NCBI RefSeq assembly: GCF_018977255.1
Contig: NW_024704743.1
Coordinates: 67,086,001 to 67,150,000, forward strand
Direction of reading: 5' to 3'
Length of the DNA: 64,000 nucleotides
Source: Callorhinchus milii
Taxonomy: Eukaryota
Part shown: positions 15,459-27,200 of the stretch, one piece after another
Position numbering within the stretch: position 1 is the stretch's first letter
Layout: each line of letters starts with the position of its first letter
Translations under genes and position numbers: made by a program
The notes under the pieces: generated by a model
What the model saw: only the letters and a program-made list of their open reading frames with translations
Databases searched by the model: none
What the model was told of the DNA's origin: nothing

Positions 15459-17187
15459 TGGAGAACATAAAGTTAGGTGCAGACTGAAATGAATACTCTG
15501 CAGTATCCTGCTGTAGTCATGGAGAATGCTGTCGATAGAATAAAGGAGGCCAGGAATAAAAAGTGGAGGTGATAAGATGGATGAATATTCTGGAGCCTTT
15601 ACTTGAATAATTTTGTGGGACAAAAAGTATACAATACCTTTTCTCCAGAAAGTACAATGAGATGTGGGATAACCTGGGCATGCCTGTGAAAGCAGCAACT
15701 TTGATGGACTAAATGGTCTTTTCCCATTCTATGCGTTACATTCTTATGGCTGACCTATTGTCAGATCTGCTAGTAACCCAATGACAATATAATAAGTCTT
15801 AAACTGGATTATATTTTAATATATTCAACTACTTCCACATTCTTTCTAGTTTCTTATTCACCTAGTTTAATCGTTGCCCCTATTTGTACTGTGCCACAGG
15901 CAATCTTCCACTTTACAAACTCTAGTAGCTGAAGTGATTTTTTCCAGCTCTTCATTGTAGAAAAACCCTTAGCAATTTACAGCTGTCCAGTTTGTTATGG
16001 TAAGTAAAACACCATGAAAAAAGGTAGATCATAATCATATATCAGTCAGATTACAAATAAATCATGAATACAAATAAAGGTCAAACAGAACCACCCATTC
16101 AGTCAGACATGTATATAATATTCTTTCTCGAATAATGAATGACAGCATATTATTTTCAAAGTTTCCAACCATAACTTCCCAATTGGAACTCAGCCTCCCT
16201 CTTTTCTTCTCCAAGGAGGTTTACGGCCATTATATGTTGCTGTAATTCAAATCAGTATACGGTTTCAATGTAATTGCCGTTATTACGTTTTCACTAAACA
16301 GAGCTTTACAAAGAAAGATAATTCTTCCAACGTTCATGTAATATTCCAGCAATTCTCCCTCTTCCTACTAAAACATTTTAAATATTTTTGGATTTTAGAC
16401 CTTGCCCAATAAACACAACATAAAGGGTAGACAGTGTGCTTAAACCTCAACTTCCTACCTTTCAGGACTCTATACACGTAAAGCAATCAAGTGCTAAGGT
16501 TTCTGCGAAAAAAAATACACCAACTTACACTCAAATCATATTTTGCAATATGATGCGGAGGTCAAATACAGATAAGGCAGTTATGGTTTGTAGATCACAA
16601 CTGATCCTATAATTAAACATTTGCCACTTAATAAAGTATTTCATTAAAATTGCTGGTGTCCATGTTCAACTAGATCCATTTTATGCTATATGGTGAACTT
16701 CTTGCTGTTACATGGGTTTTGCTTAACTGCATTAATAAATGGAAAACCTTGACATATAAACAATACAATTTAATGATGCAATTATTTTAATTCCTAAAAC
16801 TTTGAATTGGCCCAAGTTAAACCAAGGGCTGATCCACTTGTTCACTTGGCACTATTCGAAAAGAGAAGTGATCTTCTCCCAATGGCCTGGCCAACAATCC
16901 TCCAGATAAAATTGAATATTCACTTCATGGCTGTTTGTGGAACATTGCTCTGCATAAACCAGGTGCTGAGTTTGCTTACAAATACAGTCACTTCGCTCGA
17001 TAGTAAATCATGTAAAGCATAGATGTTTCGGTGATGCAATAAGGCAATATCAAATTCAAGGATTATTAATAGAGTTTAGTTTATTAATAAATAATACAGC
17101 ATTTTCACAATTTAGAAGCTGGTTTAACAACCTGTAACCATGCACAAAATTTTGCAATAGGTAGTTGCACCAAATTAAAATGATTAA

Positions 17188-17606
17188 ATAATCCTTGCAT
17201 TTAATATAGCACCTTATGTTGTCATCACAAAACGCTTCACTGCGTTCTACTGTGAAGGGTAGTGACAGCATACCTGTAGGGGAACACAGCAGCCAATTTG
17301 CACACTGCAATGTCCAATAAACAGCCTTTAAGTGAATGACCACTTTTACAACCAGTTTGGGGTCAGAACACCAGAAGGAATTTCGTTCTCTCTTCAAATA
17401 GTGCCACAGGATCGTTAACGTCCATTTGAACGGTCAGACAAGAATTCGGTTTAACATCTCATCTGAATTACAGAACCTAGAATAAAACCCCCAACATTGC
17501 ATTGGCGTATCAGCCTGGACCGTGAATTTAAAGCCCCTGACACGGGGCTTGAATCCACAACCTTCTGAGTCAGAGGCAAGAGTGCTGTCAACTGAGCAAG
17601 GCTGAC
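17188..17606 (-). mobile_element. Deu-domain SINE (SacSINE1/AmnSINE1-like)
   Basis: Head tcagccttgctcagttgacagcactcttgcctctgactcagaaggttgtgg; core cagatgagatgttaaaccga; (TTA) tail. Confidence 0.75.
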
Positions 17607-17884
17607 CATGAGAGGTTTAACAGTCAAACAAGGAGTCAGAAGTTAACAATGCATAAGCACTTTTAAAGTGTCTATTTTTCACATGAAAAATATCAAAGTG
17701 GAAAATAGTAGTAAAAGGTAGTAAATAGAGTGAAAAAATAAATATCTGTTAGTGAATGTGCTTTTTCTAGCCTGCTAAATGTATACCACAATTTTTTTCA
17801 CAGCAGAATTGTAAACATTTACTTCACACTCAGATAACTAACAAATATGAACACTTCTAGCACCAAGAACATGTCCCAAAAAAC

Positions 17885-18975
17885 ATGATAGAACCACAGA
17901 AATTTACAGAACAGAAAGCAAGCATTCAACCCATTGTGTCTGGCTCTTTAAATAGCAATCCTTTCTGTCCCATTGATTTGCCCTTTCCCCATACTGCAGT
18001 GTAGTTTATTCCTTTTTAGGTACTTCTCTAGTTTCCTCACAAAAGATAATACAGATTTGACCTCACCCATCACTCCTGACAAGGCATCCTAACTAATCTG
18101 CACTTGAACAAATTCTTGCCATTTGCTCGTTTACTATCTTAAATTGATGCCCTTTAGTTTCCAACTCACCGAGCAGTAGAAAGAATGTTTCCCTATTTCT
18201 TCCTATCAACCCCCACTTCTTCATAATTTTAAACACTTCTATCACCATAAACATTCTCGGTTCCAATTGAAATCATCGCTTTTCCCTTCAGTTTATGTTT
18301 ATAGACCACTTACTTCAGTATCATCCCAGTAAATCTCTGCACACATTCTATTGTCTCAACATCTTTCCTAAAGTGGGGTGACTAAAATTGAATATTATAA
18401 CAATAAGTTTAGTATTATCTCCTTGGCTTTATATTCTATAGCCGTATTTATAAAACCTAGAAATCCATTAGCTTTTTTAACAGTTTTGTCCACCTGCTCT
18501 ACCCCTTTAAGGATTTATGTACATTAACCCTTAAGTCCCTCTGCTCTTCTGCATCTTTTAATATTTTATCACCTAACATATACTTGCTCTTCTTATTCTT
18601 TCTCCCCAAATGTATAACCACACTTGTCTCCATTAAATGTTATTTTTTTTCTCTATCCAATCAACTAATCTGTCTATGCAATCTTCACTGTTAGTTTTAC
18701 TCCTGATTTCTGTATCATCTGCAAACATAGAAATTGTGCCCCTTATAGCAGAATCCAGATCATTTGTGTAAATGGATAAAAGCAGTGGTCCTAATATAGA
18801 TCCCTGGGGGATACCACTATTTACAACTCTCCATTGCGAATAATATTCCTGTACTGCCATTCTGCTTCTTTTCCTTTACCGACTTTCTACGTTGCTGCTA
18901 CCTTTTTATTTATACCATACACCCTAATATGTTTTTTAAACAAGCCTCCGATTCAGCACCTTATCAAAGACCTTC
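17885..18975 (-). mobile_element. CR1 LINE RT/3' fragment, degraded
   Basis: SGIPQGSILGPLL..NDLD..SMFADDTEI RT motifs and CR1-type tail. Confidence 0.85.
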
Positions 18976-19879
18976 TGAACTTACCTGCACACAGTTACTG
19001 GGTTCAGAGGGCTACTATGAGATCGTGATATGCGCAGCAATCAGCAGACAGTGCATCCCAGAAGCCCAAAATATAGTTCAGAGAATTCGGGGAAGGGGGA
19101 AATGAAAAGTGTAGGAGAAATAGGATAGTTATGACAAAACTATTTTTTAATAATAAAAATCCAGGTACTTATGGTGGGTTAAAAAAAATCAATACATGAA
19201 CTTTAAAGGTGTCTATCTATGTAGTAAATATATATAGTTTTGTTGAAAATGATTTTGAAATAATTTCTCGACCTGGGTAGAACCCAAACGGTCACCACAC
19301 ATTAAAAGCACATCTGCTCCAATGGAAACAAGTTTGTAGGACTCTCACTGAATTAAATTTAACTAAGTTGGCAGACATCTGCAATATGGAAAACAAATCT
19401 GGTCTGATCTTACACTATTTAATTTGGAATGAGCTGCAAGCACATATTGCCCATATTAAAATGGTTGATTCATCCACCAAATATTCAAATCATAAAAAAA
19501 TTCCAACTGAACCAAAAAAAAATGAACAACAACAAACATTAATTTTGCACATTTCATGCAGGGGAACAAATCAAAATGCTTTTTCAGACACAATAGCAGC
19601 TTGTTTCCCAATTAACAAGCTTTCTCGCTCTCTCACCCACCCCCCAACTCAGTATGTTAAATGCTCCACCTTGTGCAACATTAACTAATGTTCCAAATTC
19701 AAAAATTCTTGAATATAGAAAATCTGTATTCTCTATGGGAGGCTACTGTACTGTCTCCAGAATCTGCAAGCTGAAGGAAAAGAAATGAGCAAGGGTTCAC
19801 AATCTCATTTCTGTACAATAGCTCATTATGGAAATGGAAACTGTATGTGGTTACAATTTGTTTGAACTGCAAGCCATAT

Positions 19880-20822
19880 TCACATCCTCCACTGTGAACC
19901 CTCCCTCATCCACTACTCTGTCACCTCCACGCTTGACTTCTCCAACACTCTTTCTCAAGCTCCAGCTCATCCAGAACTACCCATCTGAAGCTCTAGCTCA
20001 TCTAAAACACTGCTGCCCACAAGCCTTCCTGAACCAGACTCCAAATGCACGTTACCCAGACCCTGACCGGGCTCCAGATCTCCCAGGAATTGGATCTGAA
20101 TGAAGATCCTAATGTTGACTTTCAAATTCTTCCACACCACACCCTCAGAACCTCTCCAGCGCCACTCTCCCATGCATTCTCCTTGTTCCCCATAGTTAGG
20201 TCTGCACACATTCCTCGTTTCCCCTGCCCTCCCAAAACCATCATCAGTGACTCACCGTCGAGTCATTACGGCTCTGCTTTCTGGAACTCCATCCCCAGAT
20301 CCTTACTCGCACTCTCTCTCGGTGCTTTCAAAACTACTTTCAAATATACGGTAAAGTGAATTGGGCTTACCTCTTCGACTCTGCCTTAAGTGACCTTCCC
20401 CACCCATGTATCCTTCCCACCTTAATCAGTGGCCTACCCATCCATGTAAAGTACTCAGAGGCACTCATCTTTGAACTGTGCAGCACAAGTGAAAGTGTTT
20501 TTGTTGCAGTTTTAGCTTGTCTAAAATATAAACATTAAAATAACAGGGCAAAGATCCAACATAAAACATTAAGATATCTCCCCGAAAGACTTCAAAACAG
20601 TACAGTGCTCAGAAAATAATCAATTTGACAATAGTTTATCATGTGAAATCCCTCCGCCTATCCCCATCACTCCCAAATTTCAAATCCCGCCTAAAGACCT
20701 TCCTTTTTGATCATGCTTACGGTCACCTCCTCCCTCCCGTTGTCAGACTCCATCACAGTGAAGCACTCCAGCCGGGGCATTACACAGTGTGTAGGGCACT
20801 ATATAAATGTAAGTTGTTGTTA
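19880..20822 (+). mobile_element. Degraded L2 3' fragments (19880-20480, 20648-20822)
   Basis: KLQLIQN, FWNSIP, FKSRLKTFLFD motifs and tail. Confidence 0.7.
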
Positions 20823-21154
20823 TTGATCACATTAATAAGCAACTTTGCCATACCCTACCAAAACATGCACAAACTAAGTGCCATTTGACATTGATTCCAA
20901 GGTCTCTCTTCCATCAGTCACTGGAGCTGTAGGGAATCCAATTTCACAATTTGTTCTCATGTTTAGTTCAAGTAATAATAATCCTTGCAATGGATATAGC
21001 ACCTATTTTGAAACATCCCAAAGTGCTTTACAGCGATAAAATGGAGTGACTGTATTTGTTGGCAAACAGGGCATCCAATCTGTACACATTGTCTAAAACA
21101 ATTCATTAATTAGCACCAGTAAAAGTTAGAACAACTTTAAACTGGCTCTGAATG

Positions 21155-22033
21155 TAATAATAATAATAATCCTTGCATTTGATATACAACAACAACAACA
21201 ACAAGATTCCATTTATAAAGCGCCTTTCACGTCAGGAGGACGTCCCAAGGCGCTGCACAGTTGGGTCATGACCCGAGCAGGGGGGAAATGGTCAGGGTGA
21301 GGGGAGGGAAGGGAGGGAGCGAGGAGGGGGAAGAGAGTCGAGAGGGGAGCTGAAGGCTCGGTCAAAGAGAAAGGTCTTGAGACCGGCCTTCAAGGAGGAA
21401 AGGGAGGAGGCGGCGAAGGCACTGGGGGATAGAGTTCCAGAGCCTCGGGGCTGAGAGGCTGAAGGCCCGGCCACCGATGGTAGGGCGGTTGGGGCGGGGG
21501 ACGTGGAGCAGACCAGAGCCAGAGGAACGGAGGGTACGGGCAGGTAGGTAGGGGGATAGTAGGTTGGAGAGGTAGGAGGGAGCGAGGCCGTGAATGGCCT
21601 TGTAGGTGAGGATGAGGATCTTGAAATCAATATAGCGCTTTATCACCCCCTCGAGACATCTTAAAGTGCTTCAGAGAATATTCTGTAAAGTGAATTCACT
21701 TTATTTTGTGGGCAAACGCGGCAGCCAATTGCGCACAGCAGTGTCCTACAAACAGTCGTGGATTGAAGTGACCAATTTATTATTAGTTTTTTTAAAGGAA
21801 TTATTACCCCCGGAAAAGCGATCCGCCAATCGATGAACAACCAGGTTCCTACTTACTGCTAGGTAAACAGATGTGTGTGGAGTAAATTTGCCCAACATTT
21901 CGCCCTGCCGGGAATCAAACCCAGGTCTCTCGCTTGCACCTTGGGATGTCCTCCCGATATGAAAGGCGCTATACAAATGTAATTTTATTGTTGTTGCGAG
22001 GCGAGTGCTCTAACCACTGAGCTACAGGACTCC
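21155..22033 (-). mobile_element. Long-form SINE interrupted by two L2 insertions (21187-21629 on -, 21938-21993 on +)
   Basis: SINE reads through after removing the inserts; apparent TSDs ATATA and TTGC. Confidence 0.9.
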
Positions 22034-22494
22034 CAGATGTCACTATGCAGAATGTAGATGCTACTGTGCCGCTTTCCAGCTAAATTCAAAGAGACTGGAT
22101 TCACACACTTTTCCCCACGGTGCTTTATGGCAAACATCCTCATTAACCATGACAGGTTAATAATAAAACTGCATTTTGTCCCCAGTAAATGAGATAACTT
22201 TTTAATCACTCTAGGCACATAAACTTAAGACTAAAGTAAACTGATCTGACACCATAGTCCTAATTTCTGTTGCAACCCTCAATGCATTTCCAATTAAAGT
22301 CATGGCATTTACAGGTGCTTTTAAAACAGCAGCAACTATTTCAATGGAGCACAAGTATGCAAAAATTATAGTACAATGTTCTTGTTCTACCAAGATTTCT
22401 GAAATCTTTCAACATTGCAGTTAATCCCAGTACATACATGCAAAGAACTGTCACAACCCAAGCTCCACTAGGATTTTTTTTTCTTTCTGAGAAT

Positions 22495-22582
22495 AGTCAA
22501 TATCACATTAAAGTCATGTTCAAACTAGTTTACTCACAAGTGAGTAAACTAGTTTGAACACGACTTTAATGCGATATTGACT
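22495..22582. repeat. Near-perfect palindrome: 43-bp arms, 2-nt loop, 2 mismatches
   Basis: agtcaatatcacattaaagtcatgttcaaactagtttactcac-aa-gtgagtaaactagtttgaacacgactttaatgcgatattgact. Confidence 0.97.
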
Positions 22583-23151
22583 TTAACACAACTTTAATAA
22601 CTTACTAATTTTCCGACAGAAAAAATAGAAATTACATAAAGCTTTAAACAATAGTTACTCACGTATATATGCATAGAAACAGGCCATTCGGCTCAAATAT
22701 TCTGTCCCAAAATTAAATTTTGATTCCATCTGAAGCTTAAACCAACACTGCACATATGTATGGTCCATCAATGCATCACATATGTACCTGGGCCTTAGCA
22801 CTCTCTCATCACAGATAGATTAAATCTACCTGTTAGAACAAGTCTCAAGTACTTCACTGGTGCAGAGATATGCATTGTTTCAACACAAATCTTGACACGG
22901 TAATAGGTTCAAGGACATCAGGTTGGCTACAGCTAATAACACTATCCCACAACCTTGTTAGAGGCTGTTTCACTTATTCTATGCTATTTTGATCCTGACT
23001 TCACAACTGAGCAAAACCATTACAGTTGCTCCTCCAATGAAAAAGTAAGTTCTCAACCTGGCCTCCCAGTCAATGATCAGCATAGCTCATTCAACTAAAA
23101 CAGGCACATTTCAATGTCAGTTTCGACGAACAATCTAACTGTAGTATCTAA

Positions 23152-23531
23152 CAATAATCAACCTTGCATTTATTATAGCACCTTATCATGTCATTGAAAT
23201 GTCTCAAGGCGCTTTACAGGACACACTGTAAAGTGATGGGACTGCAGGTACTTTGTGGGCGAACACTGCAGCTAATCGGAGCACAGCAATATCCCGCAAA
23301 CAGCCATTGGAAACTCTTCTTTTAAATAGTACCATGGGATTTTTAAAGTCCACCTGCACAGGTAGGCGTTTTATACGTTATCCGAAGGACGGCACCTCTA
23401 CCAATGCAGCATACTCCTAGCACTATACTGAACGTCTGCATAGACTATATGAATTCTAAATCCTGATATGGGGCTTGAACCCACAACCTTCTGAATCGGA
23501 GGTGAGAGTGCTACCAACTGAGCTAGGCTGA
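23152..23531 (-). mobile_element. Deu-domain SINE
   Basis: tcagcctagctcagttggtagcactctc head; gctgcattggtagaggtgccgtccttcggata core. Confidence 0.8.
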
Positions 23532-25129
23532 TACATTGAGGTCGACGTAATGAGGCTTTATGTTTCCTATGCACATTTAGCAAATGCTTCCAAAAATAGC
23601 TTTGTGTATTTTACATTTTAAAGTTAAAAATATCAAGCCACTATATTCCCTTGGACTATATGCATTTCACAGATTAGTGATCAGAAGCAAGTTCACATCC
23701 AGACCATGCCCCTTGCAGTTCTATATTTTAAAGCTTTAACACTTTACTAAAATTATTGATCATAACTAAAGAATGAAAAAACACTAGCATCACTAGTTCT
23801 ATGTGTAAAGAGATAGGAATTTCTAAAATCAAAAAACTGAAAGATTTGAGGCAGCTGAATTAAATTATTTTAATTTATCATTGCCTCCATTCAGCTACAA
23901 TTACAGCAGCAACCATTCTTACCTAGAAACCCCCAAATCTATCAGAAAATGTAGTAAGCATGACTTTAGTTAACATCCCCAAACTCCCTTCCTTTCATCC
24001 CTTCTCTTTGTCCCCATCTAATCTCTGTAAAACGCATTGAGATATTGATTTTAAGTCCAACCTTTAAAATTTCAATTAGAAAATTTACATTTTCTACTAT
24101 TTTTAGTTTGGATTCCAAAACCAATATTTTAATAAGCAATTTTACAAAGGACAAATTTAACGATTTCCTTCTATAACATATAGAACAATCCCAGGATTCA
24201 ACCAGCTTCCCAGGACCGATGGATGTAATCTTACAGTTTCAGGAACCTCAGGTAAGAAGTTACAGATGCTTTTTATGACTTCCTTAAAATTGAATGCATG
24301 CAGAGCTTCTACATTTAGTTGCACAAATATTGAGTTTTTTTCCTGATGGTCGATGCATTTTACTGTGGGGATTATTACCCATGGAAAAGCAATCCGCCAA
24401 TCGACTAACAACCAGATTCCTACGCACTGCTAGGTAAACAGAGATATAAAGGAAGTAACCTCTCTATGTATATTTTATACCATTCTAATTTTATCAATTC
24501 TTAATATTACTTTTATGGAACTGGTCCATAGAACCTGTGGAACGATAGGCAAAATGCCTCCTTTCTGTGCTGTAAATCAGCACTTGTTCCACAGGTTGGC
24601 TCTCTGAAAGTGTTATCCATTTAGTCACTCTCCAGTATTTTCCCCATAGTCTTTATATTTTTCCTTTTCAGATATTGAACAAATTCCCTGTGATCCATCT
24701 TGGCTCAACTAATGTAATTGTGCAATTTGAATGTGTTTGTTTTTGCATGACTATAAAGCTAACGAGAGAGAATAACTTGCCCAGATCTTTAAACGTATGA
24801 GTGCCCCAAAGATAATGGAACCACATTTATGGCAAAACATTTACACATGTCACAAATGGCATTTGAAAAATTCTTCACAAATAGCTCATAAAGAGATGAT
24901 TCTTTATGTGAAAGGCTTAGTACCAGATGCTGCACTTCTTCACTTAGAGTTCTCATTTAAAGAAAATATACAATTTCTCCTTCCTAGCTCAGGAATACTG
25001 AAGCCAACTATATTATTTCCATAGCAGTCCCCAACAGGATTATAGGTACAGAAAGAAATCAAAAATGTAGTGAGGTACTCATCTTATATAGTCTTCAATA
25101 AAAAAACAAGGAAGGCTACTACAGCTGTA

Positions 25130-25245
25130 GAGAGCACTGACGAAAGGTCATAGACATGAAATATTAACTCATTTTCCTCTCTCCATAGATGCTGCCTGAC
25201 CTGCTCCATATGCATGTTCCCAGCGTCTTCTGTTTTTATTTCAGA
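25130..25245 (+). repeat. Short chondrichthyan-type repeat split by the Helitron (resumes 26836-26862)
   Basis: ctctccatagatgctgcctgacctgct...tttttatttcaga | tttccagatctgcagtattttgc reads as one continuous motif I recognise from shark genomes. Confidence 0.7.
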
Positions 25246-26835
25246 CTAGCTGTACCAGTTGCAGCTTCGCTTGCAACCAATGGATCCAATGTGGAATGTA
25301 GATTGACACATAGACAGACATTTTGTCTTTATCTATACTCAGCTGGGAGGACTCCTTTTGTGAGGACTCTTTTTGTGAAGACTCCTATCAAAGCTAGTCT
25401 AACCGAAGTGGTTTACTATATGATCCGGCAGGTCCTGGAGTTATTGCAAGGCTTCCGTGTAGATGACATTTGCAGTTTTTCCTTCTTCGATCATGATGTA
25501 CAGGTTTTGAGATGAACCCACACGTGGGCATCCAACATAGAATTGTCCATGGAAAAAGCAGTGTTTATTCAAGAAAAGGCCAGCAACCATTAAGCTCTGT
25601 CCCTGTGCCTTATTAATTGAAATGGCAAAGCACATTTGAACAGGGAATTGGAGCCTTTTGAACTCAAACAGGCAGTCACTTGGGACAGTGGGATGCGAGG
25701 AATGAATACATCTTCCTCTTTGAACTGACCAGTCAGAATAGTTGCTTCTATAACATGTGGCATCAACTGTTTTACCACCAACCTTGTGCCATTGCACAGC
25801 TTTGGTGCATCTAGATTCCTCAGCAGCATGATTATGCATCCAACCTTTCATCTGAGTTTGTGTGGTGGCATACCGAATGGTTCCAAAGAGTTTAAAAACT
25901 CAGTTGGGTAAGTGACATCATTTTCGATGTCAGGAATAGGATCTATGGACTTATACGCAGCTTCTTGGCCAGGGATGTCATTGAGTAGCTGGGAATTGAT
26001 CTCGTTGGCAGACTCGTTTTTTTTTGAGCAAGGATTGATCATTCATACAACCAATTAGGATTTGTGTAGTTATGGTTGAGGTTCGAGAGAACTTTGTTTT
26101 TGAGCTCTGCTATATGTTGTACAATAGTTCCACAATCTTCAGGGATCTGAATTTGGCCATTTGTTGGATGCACTGAAATTTTGCCATCTCCAATTTCCAG
26201 AGGATTTTGGCATACGCCCCAGCTGCAGAACTGCCATGAAGATGGACTCGCACGTTTATCCTGAAGCTCATCTTCTCCACACATGCCCACAGCCTGGAAA
26301 CCTTAAGACTGGCATTCAGTTGATCAGCACGGGTACCACATTATATGACAATTAGGGTCTGGCGGAAGTCTCCAACAAAATAAGTGTTATCCCTCCCACT
26401 GTTTAGATGTTTTCCCTGATGTCCCCTGTCCAGATACTCAAAAGGCATGCTTGTGTGACATGGTGCATCCATCCCACACAATGATTTTACAGTCCTTGAT
26501 CAATGTACCCTTCTTGATATGGCACACTGTACGAAAAAGGTTCAGTGGCCCAAAAAGACTGCCATACATTTGTACATATAACTGCAGAATACATTAGTAT
26601 AGAGGTATCTCTTTAGAAGGGTGTGTGGTTTCCTGACACTACTTTGTTGCAGAATACAATGCATACTTCATATTTTGGGGATTATTTAAAGCATGTTTTA
26701 AATATAGCTCATCAATGATAGGAGATGCCCTGAAACAAAGAATGCCCATGACATTCCCCATGCAAGACCTTTCCAATTGTGTTATTAGCGGAAACACAAA
26801 CACACACATACATACATAGTCTTTATTAGTATAGA
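25246..26835 (-). mobile_element. Helitron, internally deleted, both termini intact
   Basis: 5' end A|TCTATACTAATAAAG at 26835; 3' hairpin GTTGCA-AGCGAAGC-TGCAAC then CTAG|T at 25246; no TSD; contains a PIF1-type helicase remnant. Confidence 0.93.
25441..26525 (-). pseudogene. Frameshifted Helitron RepHel PIF1-like helicase C-terminal region
   Basis: Motifs spread over several frames: [80 protein letters not shown]. Confidence 0.93.
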
Positions 26836-26864
26836 TTTCCAGATCTGCAGTATTTTGCCTTTTG

Positions 26865-27200
26865 AGCACTGGTCAGATGTATTCAGTTTTGGGTCCCCAA
26901 AGTTAGAAAGGATATACTGGCATTAGACAGCACAAGATCAATGCCTGGGGTGAAGAGGCCTATCTATGACGAGATGTGATAAAATGGGTTATCCTCCCTA
27001 GAGATGCATTTAAAATAATAATGAGAATTGAAAAAGGTAGAGAGAGGACAAGTCTGGCAGAAGGTAGAAGGATTCCAAAAAAGTTATCCTGTCTTAAAAT
27101 TAGTTAGAAACGAGGTCAGAAAATATTTCTCAACACAAACGTGTGAGAATGAAGACTGCAGTGTGCAGAAAGCTGAAGATACTGAATTGATTGGGATGCT
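26865..27200 (+). mobile_element. Degraded CR1 3' fragment
   Basis: cagttttgggtcccc..agaaaggatatactggcatt matches the CR1 at 52.6 kb. Confidence 0.6.

Noticed and set aside
25441..26525. Host PIF1 helicase gene
   Set aside because: Intronless, multiply frameshifted and enclosed by Helitron termini.
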